Made by a program: the position numbers and the translations under genes
The notes under the pieces: model-generated
The model's input: only the letters and a program-made list of their open reading frames with translations
Databases searched by the model: none
Told to the model about the DNA's origin: nothing
Source: Eledone cirrhosa
Taxonomy: Eukaryota
Assembly (NCBI GenBank): GCA_964016885.1
Contig: OZ024741.1
Span: 116,250,001-116,314,000, forward strand
Reading direction: 5' to 3'
Length of the DNA stretch: 64,000 nucleotides
Part shown: positions 43,663 through 57,337 of the stretch, piece by piece
Numbering within the stretch: position 1 is the first letter of the stretch
How the letters are laid out: each line of letters begins with the position of its first letter

Positions 43663-43953
43663 GGACGAGACACCAACAGATCTAGCTGCAATACAAAAGA
43701 CAATCTGAAGGCCAGGATCACAAATGCCTTTAGGGGCCTAAGTCAGGGGACAGTGACGAAGGCCTGTAGCCGGTTCCGAGGCCGCCTTGAGGCCGTCATC
43801 AAAGACAATGGCGGGTTTATCAAGTGAGATCGAAAGAACAAGTCATGAAGACAAACTGACCCAAGTTTAATAAATATATCTTAAAAAATAAAACTACTGT
43901 GTTATTTTTTCCTAGACAGTAATCTTGCGAACAAATATCGTCCGCACCCTGTA
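43663..43953 (+). mobile_element. 3' end of a Tc1/mariner-superfamily transposon (maT/DD37D-like)
   Basis: Translates ..NTKDNLKARITNAF..TKACSRFRGRLEAVIKDNGGFIK*, then ends in a TIR-like ...CGCACCCTG-TA. Confidence 0.7.
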
Positions 43954-44101
43954 TATATATCTTATATATAATATATATATATAATACATATATCATATAT
44001 ATATAAAATATATATATATTATAATATATATATATCTTATATATAATATATCTTATATATATATAATATATATATCATATATATATAAAATATATATATA
44101 T

Positions 44102-44281
44102 TTGGCAGTATCGGTAGAGCGTCGGATGCCATGCTTTGATGCATAGAGTTACGGCCCTTTCCAATCTGAGTTCAAATCCCGCCGAGGTTAACTTTGCCTT
44201 TCATCCTTACGGGGTCGATAGAATAAAGTACCAGTAATGCATTGGGTAATTGCTGGCCTTGTGCCAAAAGTAGAAACAATT
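44102..44281 (+). mobile_element. Meta-like tRNA-SINE
   Basis: TGGCAGTATCGGTAGAG, GAGTTCAAATCCCGCCGAGG, central domain, GGCCTTGTGCCAAAAGTAGAAAC end. Confidence 0.75.
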
Positions 44282-44689
44282 ATATATATATATATAATAT
44301 ATTATATATATTATATATATATAATATATATAATATATATATTATATATATATATAATATACATATTATATATATATAAATTATATATATTATATATATA
44401 TAATATATATTATATATAATATATATATTATATATATATAATATATATATTATATATATATATATAATATATATATATATAATATATATATATATATATA
44501 ATATATATATTATACGATGATGATGATAATATATATATAATATATATATTATATATATATATATTATATATATATAATATTATATATAATATATATTATA
44601 TATAATATATATATTATATATATATATATAATATATATATTATATATATATATAATATATATATTATATATAGATAATATATATAATAT

Positions 44690-46918
44690 ATAACTTTGGT
44701 AACTTTGATAGGTTTCGGCCAGTATTGGCCCAGGCCATGTCTAACCTAACAACACCACCTGGCGAAATCTTTCCAATCAGGATTTGGGCACCATGGCCTA
44801 CTCAAGTAGAGTTATTGTTTATGGTGGCATATTCGGGTGTAGGAGGTTATCCGGGATTTCTTGAAGGAATTTGTCCAAAGACTTCTTGAACTTGATGGGG
44901 TCTATTTCTGTTTAAATGTGATTTGGTGTAATGTTAAAGAGAGCAGGGCCAATTGGGGTGAAATAATTGTGTCATATTGTTGTTATGAGATGCGAATGAG
45001 ATTTTTGTCATGGGCGGATAGCACGGGGCCTTGGGAGTACATTAAAGGTAATGCCAACATCATTTGGGCAAAGCTGATGGAATATTTTCCATCTCATGCA
45101 GATTATGTAGCGCTCACAGCGACGTTGGAGAGAATAAAGGTTGAGCTTTTCTATTCGACTCCAATAGTCAAGACCTGACATGCCATCTATCTTTTTTGTA
45201 ATTGATCTTTGGGGTGCTTCAACTTTCATGATACTTTGTTTCATGTGGGGAGACCACAGTGGACAACCGTATTCAAGGTGGGGTCAGGCAAAAGTGGAGA
45301 AGAGAAGGATAACAATGTGGATATCTCTCGACTGGAAGGTTCTGAGAATCCAGGAACTCATTCTGCGGGCCATGTCAACTTTGCTGTTTATGAGTGGCCC
45401 AACTTATGTTGTTGTCCACAATTACTATCAGGTCTCTGATGTTGTTGGATGCCACGGGAGTTTCACCTGAAGGAAGAGAGCATGGTAGTTTCAGGGCATC
45501 CTTTTTTCCAAAGTGGATTAACTCAAACTTATCCTCATTTAACATCATATTGTTCTTTTCTGCCCATTGGATAACAGCCAGTAGGTCTGACTGAAGGTAA
45601 GTCCGGTCACCCACCTCATTGATGACCCTTTGGAGCTTGGAATCATCTGCGATGATTATTATGTTGCTGAGCTTGACGATGTCAGTAATGTCATTAATGT
45701 AGATGATGAAAAGAAGTGGGCCCAATACAGTGCCTTGTGGTACGCCACTGCTGACTTTGGCTGGGCTTGATTTTACTCCTTACTACATGTTGGGTTCTAT
45801 CTGTCAGGAAACATTTGATCCACTGTCGTAAGTTTCCAGAGACACCAATATTGGATAGTTTATTCAGTAAAATCTTATGATCAACCCTGTCAAAGGCTTT
45901 GCTGAAATCAAAGTAGATGACATCAGTGTTGGAGCCCTCTCCCAAGGCTCTCAAACCATCATCAAAGTGATGCAGGAGCTGCGTTAGGCAGTCCCTTCCA
46001 TTACGAAACCCATGTTGGTTGGAGTTCAGCAGGCCGTTGCTTTCGAGAAAGTGGGTTATTTGTGATCTCATCACCCTCTCAAATACCTTGATAATATGAG
46101 AGGTGAGTGATATCTGACGGTAGTTCACTGCAAGGGACGTATTTCCCTTTTTGAAAACTGGGACAACGGACTAGGACAGAAAGTCTTCAGGAATATAGTC
46201 AGTATCCTGTGAGTTCCTCCACAGATTAGCAAGAGGAGATGCAAGTTGGTGTCGACACACCTTCAGGAGACAAGCAGAGAACCCGTCGGGGCCTACTGCT
46301 GAATTGTGTTTAATTTTGTTTATTGCCGCTAAGACATCAGGGGCGCCAAACGTTATGTCCGATATAGTGTGTTGGGGATTAATATCACTGATACAGCCCA
46401 GATCAGCCATATCAGGATTGCTGAAAACAAAGCAGTATTGTTTCTATAGTATCTCGCCCATGGTTTTGGCATTATCTTGGAGTGTGTCATTTTCATCAAC
46501 TAGAGGGCCAACAGTGGAGACAGTGACCTTGTGTTTTTTCGCAAATGAAAAGAACACTTTGGGGTTGAGTTTGATTTTCTCAATGGCCCACTTCTCCTCA
46601 GCTGTTCTTTGGTTATTGATGATGGTCTTCATGCATTGTTGGAGGTTATATTTATTTGATTCAAGCAGGGCGATAGCTGTCGAATGTGTGTGTTGCTGTA
46701 GGCAGTATTTTAGTGTTAATTTTCTTGTTTGTTCTTTTTATTTTTCTGATAATTGTTTTTTCTGTTTTGGGGGTTACTGCACTTAGTTTTGTTCACAGGT
46801 TTTGGTGGGGTGTGTTTTGCACATACGTGTGTGACAGTGTCTACAAAGATCTGCCAAGATGTTTTGATGTTAGTGGAAATGAATGCGTGTGTAAAAGACC
46901 AGTCAACATGCGATAGTT
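44690..46918 (-). pseudogene. Degraded CR1-group LINE (RT and 3' end)
   Basis: Frameshifted NPKVFFSF, GPDG, YRQISLTS..KVFER, DFSKAFD, GPLLFIIYIND, ADDSKL, LNLYSLQRR; 3' end GGCC..GGCCGAAAC + (CAAAGTTAC)2. Confidence 0.85.
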
Positions 46919-46995
46919 ATATATATTATATATATATAATATATATAATATATATATAATATATATATATATTATATATATATTATATATATATG

Positions 46996-47093
46996 TGAAG
47001 GCGCATGGCTGAGTGGTAAGAGAATTCGTAATCGTGAAGTTATGAGTTCGATTCCTGTTATTTCCTTGAGCAAGACACTTTATTTTACGTTGC
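46996..47093 (+). mobile_element. CORE-type SINE head fragment
   Basis: GGCGCATGGCTGAGTGG..GAGTTCGATTCC..CCTTGAGCAAGACACTTT. Confidence 0.6.
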
Positions 47094-47147
47094 GACCAAT
47101 AGATAGTATTAGCAACAGAAACATTGTTTCCTCAGTCCGATGAGGAT

Positions 47148-47450
47148 GAAGAACTCAGAGAGCTGTATGGGAGCCTCCCAAAAGTCAGCTCAAAAGTGAC
47201 ACAGAGGAGACTGAGGTGAGCTGGACATGCTCACTGACATCCAGAGTTGACACAGCACTCAGTGCTCCTGTGGGAGTCCCTGCATGGACACACTGGAAGA
47301 GGAAGACCGAGGTTAACATATGTTGATGCCCTACGGACAGACACTGGTCACTTGGAGACGCAGGACATGGCGGCGATGGTGAGGGACAGAGACCGCTGGA
47401 GAGAACTCGTCCATGGATCTCGGGAATTTTACCCGCCCTAGGTAGATAGT
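47148..47450 (+). pseudogene. 3' fragment of a third RTE-group LINE
   Basis: ELYGSLPKVS..RRLR*AGH..VLLW..GRGRPRLTY.D.L..DTG..DRDRWR. Confidence 0.7.
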
Positions 47451-47519
47451 TATATATAGAATAAGACACAATCTATACAGATTTGAACTGGAAAATTATG
47501 TGAGTGGCTGCATGACTTC

Positions 47520-47965
47520 TTAAAAGATAGAAGCCAGACGTTGCAGCCAGCGGGGCCCTCTCAAAGGAAACATCAATAACAAGGGGGGTGCCCCAAGGGA
47601 CTGTCTTAGGACCACTACTGTTTCTGGTGGCTCTTTCAGACATGCCCTCTGTACTACATACAACATCCCTCACTAGCTATGCTGATGACACAGGTAGCAC
47701 AGACAATCAATAACCCAGCTGATGCTGCCCTTTTACAACAAGATCTAGATGCCATATACAAATGGGCTGAGGACAACAACATGCAATTTAATGCTAAAAA
47801 TTTCAAGCTCTACAATATCAACCTGCAAACACAAGGAGAGTACAACAAAGCTACATCAGACCAGGAGGGATCAAAATCCCCATGTCAAAATCAATATGAG
47901 ACATGGGTAGAGGCATGAACGATGATGAATCGTTTCTTTCACACATAATGAAAATGGTGACAATA
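47520..47965 (+). pseudogene. CR1-group RT fragment
   Basis: GVPQGTVLGPLLFL, SYADDT, LQQDLDAIYKWAEDNNMQFN. Confidence 0.8.
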
Positions 47966-48042
47966 TATATATATATAACCCATACTAGCATGGAAGAATG
48001 GATGTAAAACAGTGATGATGGTGATGACGATAATGATGATGA

Positions 48043-48681
48043 TATATGGTAGCCATGGAGTAGGCAGGCCTAGGAAGACTTGGGATGAGGTAATGAGAGC
48101 TGACTTTGCTCAATTACACCTCACTAATAAGGAGATGACACAGGACCGTTACCTCTGGCGCTATGAAGTATTACAGAAGACCCGCCCTCTATTATTCTTG
48201 TGCTGAGGCATATACCTAGTAGGCAACACCATTCCCTACTATCTCCCCTCGCATACACCTCACTTATACCTACGTCCCCAATTTCCCAAACCATCTTCCA
48301 CACTCCTCCCAAGTTCCCAACCTCCTCTGTAAAGTGATCCCATTGGAGCCACGACAAAAGAGCCCAGCCCACTATAGTGGTCATGTAGGTGTCATGACAA
48401 AAATGAGTGTCTAGTCCACAATATAAAGTGGTTGTGTAGGAGTCACAACAAAAAGCACCCAGTCCACGCTGTAAAGTGGTCATGTAAGCAACACAGCAAA
48501 AAACACCCAGCACACACTGTAAATGTGGTTGGTATTAGGAAGGGCATCCAGCCATAGAAGCCAAGTCAAATCAGTTCTGAGTGAGCAAATCATGATCCCC
48601 CGACTTGATCCCTCACAAACGGATAGCCCGTCCTACCCATGCTAGTGTGGAAGATGGACATTAAACGGTGATGATGATGAT
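48043..48681 (+). mobile_element. 3' end of an RTE-A-related LINE with ~50-bp tandem units in the 3'UTR
   Basis: [21 protein letters not shown]; GGTTGGTATTAGGAAGGGCATCC; tail. Confidence 0.75.
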
Positions 48682-48717
48682 TTATATATATATATATAAT
48701 ATATATACTATGATATA

Positions 48718-49078
48718 CATTGAAGTTGGTGGTTCACCACTGGATAGAACTTGTCATTCCATATAGTTAACCATGATGTAATATTAGGAAAAGCACTCAA
48801 CGTAATGCAATTCATCCATCTTTGATCCTGCTGGTGGTGCAGGAACGGGGTTAATTATTATTGAATAAAATAACAGGAGGCCAGATTGGAGAATTTCCTT
48901 TAAAGTTTTATTGTTGCAGACACTATATATATTTTAATGGCCAGTAGAATTCCAGCAACATCATCAGGTTCATTACATAACAGCTATATGGTATTCTATT
49001 GGCCATTGAAATATATATAGTGTCAGCAACAATAAAACTTTAAAGGAAATTCACCAATCCCGCCTCCTCTCATTTTAT
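48718..49078. mobile_element. Fold-back element with hammerhead core (Penelope-like pLTR)
   Basis: ~75-bp arms (48876-48951 / 48993-49068); minus strand CTGATGA at 48967-48961; GAAA and AATAAA in the arms. Confidence 0.55.
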
Positions 49079-49096
49079 AATATAATATATATAAAG

Positions 49097-49642
49097 TTCC
49101 GATGCCATAGTATCTAGAATAAGGATGTGTTGGAAGAAGTTTAAGGAGCTGCTTCCTCTGTTGACAAAGAAGGGTTTCTCCCTGAGTACGAAAGGCCAGT
49201 TATATGATGCCTGTGTGAGATGCACGATCTGCATGGTAGTGAGACATGGGCAGCAACTACAGAAGATATGAAGCAAGCATGCTCCGTTGGATGTGCAATG
49301 TCAATGTGCATGAATAACCAAGCATGGATGAGTTGAGAGAGAAACTGTGTATAAGAGGAATAAATTGTAGTGTGCGGGAGAGAAGACTGCAATGGTATGG
49401 GCATGTGATGCACATGGACAGTGACCACTGAGTAAAGAAGTGCCAAGAAATCCCAGTAGAAGGAAGACGCAGTAGAGGAAGACCACGAAAAACATGGGTG
49501 GAGGTGGTGAGAGCAGACCTCATTTGCTGAACCTCTCGGAGGAGATGACAAAGGACCATGACAAGTGGAGAGATGCCGTGCTGAATAGGACCCGTCCCAC
49601 CCTTGCAAGCAGAGGAAAAGCGGACATAAAATGATGATGATG
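49097..49642 (+). pseudogene. Degraded RTE-B 3' fragment
   Basis: Co-linear with 42515-43080 with indels. Confidence 0.85.
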
Positions 49643-49726
49643 ATATATATATATGATATATATATATACATATATATAATATATATATACATATATATAT
49701 ATAATATGTACATATATATATCATAT

Positions 49727-50500
49727 AACGATATGCAATTTAATGCAGATAAGTTTCAAGTCCTCCGCTATCAACCCACAAACATAGCACCACTACAACA
49801 AAGGTATAGTGGAATTGAAATCCCCGAGTCAAAATCAATACGGGACATAAGCAATGATGCATCATTTGATGCACACATCACCAAAATGATAGCAATGTGC
49901 AGACAACTGGCAGATTGGATTCTGAGGACTTTCAGGACAAGAGACCTTGAAACAATGTTGCCCTTTGGAGGACTTTTACTCTCAGCTGTGGTCGCCCCAA
50001 AGTGTCAAACTAATTGCAGAACTTGAAACAATCCAACGAAGCTACACCAAGAGGATTGCCTCAATGAAGGAAATTAGCAACTGGTAGAGACTAAAAAAAC
50101 TAAAGCTTTACTCCCTGGAGCGAAGACAGGAGAGATAAGCAGTGATATATGTATGGAAGATCATGGAAGGGTTAGCACCAAAATTCAGCACTGAAGGCAG
50201 GACTAGCCCAAATGCCAAAGGTCCCATCCGTCACATCAAGAATAAGGACCATATATGGAACCTGGGGTTCAAGGGGCCCCAGCTTTTTAATAAGTGATCT
50301 ACATGTTTTCAAGAGACATCTTGACATTCTCCTGACCATGATCCCGGATGAACCCACAGCTTGAGGCAAAGCACAAATAAAGGTGGCAGCAATAAACTCC
50401 CTTTTGCATCAATGGCCAACCAAGAAAGCTGGCTGTAGAAAGTGTAGCATCAATGCCAGTGCCCCAGGATGGCCTCAGCCTGTCGGTTGGAACATGTATT
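49727..50500 (+). pseudogene. Degraded CR1-group 3' fragment
   Basis: MQFNADKFQVL, WILRTFRTRD, LKLYSLERR..VIYVWKI, IPDEP. Confidence 0.75.
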
Positions 50501-50531
50501 AGTGTAATATATATCATATAAGTATTATATA

Positions 50532-51731
50532 TCGAGAAGAAATTCCAAACCTGGAAGCATGACCTAGAATCAAAAGGTCTTAAAGTTAACTTGTCTAAGA
50601 CTAAATTTCTAGTATGTAGAAAGGAAAATAGGGCCCAGATTCCCTCTGGGAAATGGCCTTACTCAGTGTGCAGGAAAGGAGTAGGTAGAAATTCCATTTT
50701 ATGTCCCAAATGCAAAGTATGGGTGCATAAAAGTTGTAGTGGGATCACAGGTAAGCTAGCTAAGGACGTAGATTTTATATGCAGCTGATGCTCAGGTGCA
50801 ATAAGTAGCAAGTGCCCACAGGATACTAGCTCCTATTGCCCAGATGGTTCTATAGAAATAGTGGACACTTTCCGTTACCTGGGTGACAAAATCAGCAGTG
50901 GTGCAGGCTGCTCAGAAAGTACAGTAGCCAGAGTCAGAACGGGATGGAAAAAGTTCAGAGAGCTTATACCACTATTGGCCGCTAAAGGTTTCACTCTAAA
51001 AATGAAAGGCAGATTGTATGATGCCTGCATACGAACAGCTATGTTACATGGCAGTGACACATGGGCATTGTGTGCAGAGGATCTGTGCAGACTGGAGAGG
51101 AACGAAGCATGCATGCTCTGCTGGATGTGTAATAGTAATATACATGAACAGCAAAGCATAAATGAACTAAGTCAGAAATTAAGTATAAGAGGGATCAGAT
51201 GCTGTTTACTCGAGAGAAGACTACGTTGGTATGGTCACATGATGCGCATGAAAGACGACAGCTGTATAAGAAAGTGCAGGGCAATCAAAATTGACCTTAC
51301 ACCTCTCTAAGACAATGTCACTGGACCGAGATCTTTGGCGCTACGCAGTAATACAGAAAACCCACCTTGCCTAAGTACAAAGCGAAACCTAGTCAGTAGC
51401 CACCTCTTAATCAAATATACACCCCCAGCCCACTACACCTTCCCCCACCCCATCTACACAACCCCTTTCTCTGTAAAGTTATGTTGGTACCACAACATCC
51501 AGTCCTAAATAAATGAGGTCGTGTAGGTGTCACGACAAAAAAACACAGTCCACGCTGTAATGTGGCTGTGTAGGTAACGCGGTAAAAACCTCCCAGTCCA
51601 CACTGTAAATGTGGTTGGTGTTAGGAAGGGCATCCAGCTGTAGAAAACCTGCCAGACAGTCCTATACGAGCGAGACGACCATGCTAACGTGGAAGATAGA
51701 CGCTAAACGATGATGATGATGATGATGATGA
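50532..51731 (+). pseudogene. Older RTE-A 3' fragment with PHD finger, stop codons and 3'UTR
   Basis: ORFs 50591-50788 and 50861-51310; tail. Confidence 0.85.
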
Positions 51732-51790
51732 CATATATATATTATGAAATACTGTTGGCTTCTTGCTCACAAATAATTTCTATACTTCTC

Positions 51791-51865
<75 letters not shown>

Positions 51866-51882
51866 AATATATATAGGATATA

Positions 51883-52125
51883 ATTATTTCTACTTTTGGC
51901 ACAAGGCCCGCAATTATCCCTGTGCATTACTGGTACTTTATTTTATTATATATACTTTATTATATATAGGATATAATAATTTCTAGTATAGGCACAAGGC
52001 CAGTAATTTGGGGAGAGGGGAAAGTCGATTAAATCGACCCCAGTGCATTATTGGTGCTTTATTTTATCGACCGCGTAACTGTGCTACAAAGCATGATGTG
52101 CGACGCTCTACCGATACTGCCAATG
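51883..52125 (-). mobile_element. Meta-like SINE fragments
   Basis: TTTGGCACAAGGCC, TTTTATCGACC, CTACCGATACTGCCAA. Confidence 0.65.
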
Positions 52126-52233
52126 CCCATCGGTAAGCTTTAAACGGTTTCGAAAAGAGAGATATTCTACCCTCTCTTTTTTTCTCTCTCTCCACATATA
52201 CTTATTATATATATTTGTGTGTGTGTGTGTATG

Positions 52234-52264
<31 letters not shown>

Positions 52265-52289
52265 TATAGTGCAGGCGTAAAGAAAATAT

Positions 52290-52588
52290 ACCCACCTCTC
52301 CTTGTAAAGTGGCTGGCGTTAAGAAGGGAATCCAACCGTAGAAAACTTACCAAACAAAAGGTCAAGTAAGGTCTTCGATTATATCAAAGACATGATAATC
52401 TCCTTAATGTTGGTGTGAAGATAAAACGAATACAATTCATTTTGTAAAGTGCGGGGGCGTATGTAAGATAGATGCGGCTCTCGGCCCGTCTGAAAGATCA
52501 GTAGCATAGACTGTGTATTGACCTGGACTGTGACAAACCGTACAACCCTCGCTCGTAGGAAAAACGGACTTTAAACGATGACGATGGA
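52290..52588 (+). mobile_element. Old RTE-tail SINE
   Basis: GGCTGGCGTTAAGAAGGGAATCCAACCGTAGAAA ... AAAACGGACTTTAAACGATGACGATG. Confidence 0.55.
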
Positions 52589-53467
52589 TAGACAGAACAT
52601 CTATCTCCAAAAAAATGTATTCACAAAGGCTGTGCATTCTCATAAATTGTGCCTGTACATATAATCAAAGTGTGTAAACATTTTGGGGGAACACCCTGAA
52701 CACACACACAAGGATGTATAAAAGAAAAAAATAGTTTTTGTAATTGAAGCAAGACTTCGCATTGTGAAGGGCCATGCATGACCTCCACTCCTGACATGCA
52801 CACACGCAGACAGACACATATTACACACACACGGTCGTTCACAAAATCTATACATAATTATTGATTTCTAGTCAGTAGGCATAAAGCTAGCTATAGAAAT
52901 CTCATTATCAGAGGTGTATAACTGGCTATATTTGTCGACACCTGTACATATTACTAAGTCATTATATTGACCGGCCGATGGAAAAATTGAGACGAATGAC
53001 TGGAGTTGAACTTAAAGCCTTATTACATAGATATGGTTAATTGTCACGGCCGTTTCTCTCAACTGCACTTCTATATAGAGTGCCATTGAAAATTTGATCA
53101 CATATGAAGTAAATGAAAATATTTCGTCCGATTCAGCTTGCATGCGCTGCTCATTATATACCTATCTATATAAATAAATAAATAAATAAATAAATATAAC
53201 AGTGTTGTAGTTTGCTTGAAGCATTGTGGAATAAGAAATACAAATTTCACTAGGAATTAAGTTTAAATATTTGTAATTTTTAAATATATACGTATATATA
53301 TATAAGGTAACCTTCGTAATTTTACTACTCATGAGAGATATCTATACATATACCTCGTTTTGTTCTTTACAAACACATACACTATATATATACCTTGTTT
53401 TCTTCTTTATATATATATATATAAAGAACAAAACGAAGTTTTACATTGAGGTTTTTATTGATTAGGC

Positions 53468-53556
53468 TCAATTACGAACGTTTCAAAGATGGGTGGCTCA
53501 AGATCCATATTTGTGTTATAGACCCGATTCAACCCCTAATTTGCTCATCAGATTTG
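53468..53556 (-). ncRNA. Candidate type I hammerhead ribozyme in a Penelope-like pLTR fragment (element ~53350-53600)
   Basis: Minus strand aat-CTGATGA-[~60 nt stem II]-GAAAC-gttc-GTA^att, followed by AATAAA. Confidence 0.55.
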
Positions 53557-54794
53557 TTAATCGAGTAAAAGCAAAACCTAATTTGAGGGCATCCCATCTC
53601 AAATGTACATTTACATGGGTATAGACCAACCCAAGCACACACAAACATATTCACACACATACACACACACGTGTGCATTTATGTATGCGTGTATGCGGAA
53701 AAAAACGGAAACAACAAAGCAAATAACGTCGAAGCAATCAATCAGACAAGTGCATATGGGTTGTGTGTCTGTATGTGTGCCCATATAAGTGGTCGATCGT
53801 TCACGAGTACTTGTGTACAACATATACTGTTGTTATATGACTATGTACACGTATGCACAGGTACAATGACGCGAACCTACTATATTAAGATTTAGCTTGC
53901 GCCATGTTCACAGCTATACTCGGACCCTCTCTTCCCTTTATACGTCAGCTCAGATAAATGACCATTCACTAAAGAACTATGGATGCCATGGCGATAATGA
54001 TAGGGATAAAATGATCGTTGTCACTCGCTGAGATTTAACTGATGAAGTAAAATAGATAAATCAACTTCTAAGAATTATTTGTTTTATAACCTTTTAAGAG
54101 CCAGAATGAATGACCAAATAATGAACAGTTAGGGACTCCTTTAGTACACTAACCAACTTTGACCTGCAATCACCTGTACAGTAGCTCCCACTCTTCTAAC
54201 TCTGGCTTGCCAGCACTAGAGTTGATATAGTATATGCCTGTTGGAACCTGAAATGACATCTCTTCGAGGACAGGTATATCAAAAACCAAAAACAAAATGT
54301 TTACATTTTCAACACCTGTCTGATGACAACGCATTAGGTAACTATTGCATAATTACATTTTAATGCCTTCGAAATATGCATAACAGGTGATGTAAGGACA
54401 ATAAAGCAAAGTTAAATACGTTAAACCGTCTCTATTCTTTTTCTTGATATTAATACTCCCTCTGATATACGTAATAACTTATGACATGCATCGTAGAGTG
54501 CTTACTTTTGATACACCATGATTGGTCAATTACTCAGATCAACCAACACTATTTATAGAAATATATATATATGTGTGTATGGAAAAGCAAACGTAATGGT
54601 ACGTTGAGAGGCGGAGAGATCTGTCTGTTGGTCTGTGATTTTGACCAGCACTGGACTTCGGTCATTCACCCCAAAGTGTGCGCAGTGAGAGATTAAGTGT
54701 ATGAAGATCAATCAGTACTGCTCAAATGGCCCATCCAGAATGTGGAGACAAAAATAGAATGAGACAGAGAGAGTGGGAGAGCAAGATAGACAGG

Positions 54795-54878
<84 letters not shown>

Positions 54879-55493
54879 TACAAACAGGAGATAGAGAGAC
54901 AGACATAGAAAGTGAGGTAGAGATAGGCAGACTTGGAGAAACACAAACAGATAGGGAGAGAGACAGAGACTTATGTAAGGTCTTGTTTTAGTTGAAATCT
55001 ATGTCACATCTGTATTATTTTCCAAGAATTCATTCTTTCAGTGATGTCTTTTGATTAGTTCATCGATGTCTTTCAGTTGTTGGTGGTGGTTTAACCTAGG
55101 TCAGCTCTGATCCGACGATGAACAAATAATGTCACAAGAAACAATTTTTTAAATAGTTTAAACCAGAATTTGTGTTTTCAGTGGTTTTCTCTTTTATAAA
55201 ATGACGTCTGGCTTTTTGACTAGATTCGATCCGACAGAACAGAATTATGATGAAAAATTTGATGAACCACCTTTGTTTCCTTTTTTTTTGGGGGGGGGGA
55301 GGACATCTAGGACTACTTTATTCAATTTTCACTTTTCAAGAAAAATAGGATGCGGTTTGGAGGAGATTTAGCTGCCGTTTCTAGCAGCTTGCGCGACAAG
55401 AGAATTCCGCCACTACCACCTTGCCTTTCGGTTTTTCTGTCGTTACATATTTGAACAGTAAACATTGAATGATTTTCATTAAATGAATAAACT

Positions 55494-55547
55494 AAAGTGA
55501 ATGTAATTGTAACGCACAATACAGTGTTTGCTTAATTCCGTGTGTGG

Positions 55548-55609
<62 letters not shown>

Positions 55610-55800
55610 CAAAGGAATTGTGGTAAGGAACCAGATGGACCATAAAGCACCAGAGTACTCAATACTTAGGGTAGTAGAGTGGGAAATAGGAAAAAGTATG
55701 ACCCCGACGGCAGAGCTCAAGCCGTTTCGACGGCTATTTCTGGACTCTCCAGAAATAGCCGTCGAAACGGCTTGAGCTCTGCCGTCGGGGTCATACTTTT

Positions 55801-55840
<40 letters not shown>

Positions 55841-55996
55841 TCACACAATTGTGGGTGGATTCCCGATGCAGATCGGGAAGGGACCAGTTAAAAAGGGTAC
55901 TCAATATGTTGCTAGAGTATAGGCATCTATATATATATATATAAAGTGAATGTAATTGTAACGCACAATACAGTGTTTGCTTAATTCCGTGTGTGG

Positions 55997-56060
<64 letters not shown>

Positions 56061-56378
56061 CAAAGGAATTGTGGTAAGGAACCAGATGGACCATAAAGCA
56101 CCAGAGTACTCAATACTTAGGGTAGTAGAGTGGGAAATAGGAAAAAGTATGACCCCGACGGCAGAACTCAAGCCGTTTCGACGGCTATTTCTGGAGAGTC
56201 CAGAAATAGCCGTCGAAACGGCTTGAGCTCTGCCGTCGGGGTCATACTTTTTCCTATATATATATATACTCACACAATTGTGGGTGGATTCCCGATGAAG
56301 ATCGGGAAGGGGCCAGTTAAAAAGGGTACTCAATATGTTGCTAGAGTATAGGCATCTATATATATATATATATATATA
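55494..56378. repeat. Direct tandem duplication (~450-bp unit) containing a ~110-bp hairpin element and a second small element, separated by (TA)n
   Basis: 55494-55942 matches 55943-56378. Confidence 0.9.
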
Positions 56379-57337
56379 ACTATTTAAATTCTATTGGAAT
56401 AAGCAGCAGCACTGTGGCCCCGGAAGGGGCATCTAATATGTAACTAAGAATGATTTTCCGAACAGGAACAGAAAAGGACCACAGTTAAATACTCAATACA
56501 TTAGTAGAGAATGTGTGAGTGTGATTATATATAGGCATGGTTTTAGATATAAAACATGTTCAGATGTCACCCTGTTTATGGGATACATCATATATAAGTG
56601 TGTATGTGAACACAATCTGCCAAACTCCCCACCACCACCACCCGAAGCATCCGTGCGAATTTATGTTGCAGAAAGTGGGACGAAATTTGCATGGCTTTTG
56701 ATCGATTACCAGAGAATGTATGTGTGTGGGAGAGAGAAAGGGAGATAGGCTGACAGACAAGAAGAAAGAGAGAGTGAAACGTTCAATATCTTATATGATG
56801 AAAGTGAAAGCTGACAACTGTTATTTATTTAAAAGTGTAAATAAGCAGCTACTACAGACACACCACTTGTGATTGTTCGGGCGCACCTTCAATATTGTAG
56901 GCAACTTAAATATGTAGTTTAGACTGCTGAAAATCAAGACGGAGTCGTTTTTCATTGTCCTCATACTCCGTAAAGACGTTTCTTTTTTCTGATATATAGG
57001 ACTTATTTCTTGTATCTCCCATGTTTCTCTGCATTAAAGTACTGTGGAGTCTTAAACTACTATCATCTCTCTCTCTCTCTCTTCTCCATGTGGCTGTGGA
57101 ACAGCACTTTCAGTTAACATATTTGAACATATCGGAAACGTGTTGGTGGCGGGTGTTATAATGATTAGAAATTGTTGCAAACGCACACGTACAGACAGAT
57201 AGGTAAGCAGATACATAGCTAGATGCAAGAGTAAACTTATTGATGCGTAGAGAGAGGCAAACACGACTCCATAGAAAGATAGGGAGAGAGGTGACCCAAA
57301 CTGCAGAGATAGATACGAATCTATTCTTGTAAAAGTT

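Noticed and set aside
44715-44760. Hammerhead at GGCC..GGCCGAAAC
   Set aside because: No CUGANGA core; it is the 3' stem-loop of the CR1-group LINE
55542-56351. Duplicated small ORFs (NKGIVVRNQMDHKAPEY...)
   Set aside because: They start in microsatellite and run through a palindrome; a non-coding repeat is the simpler explanation
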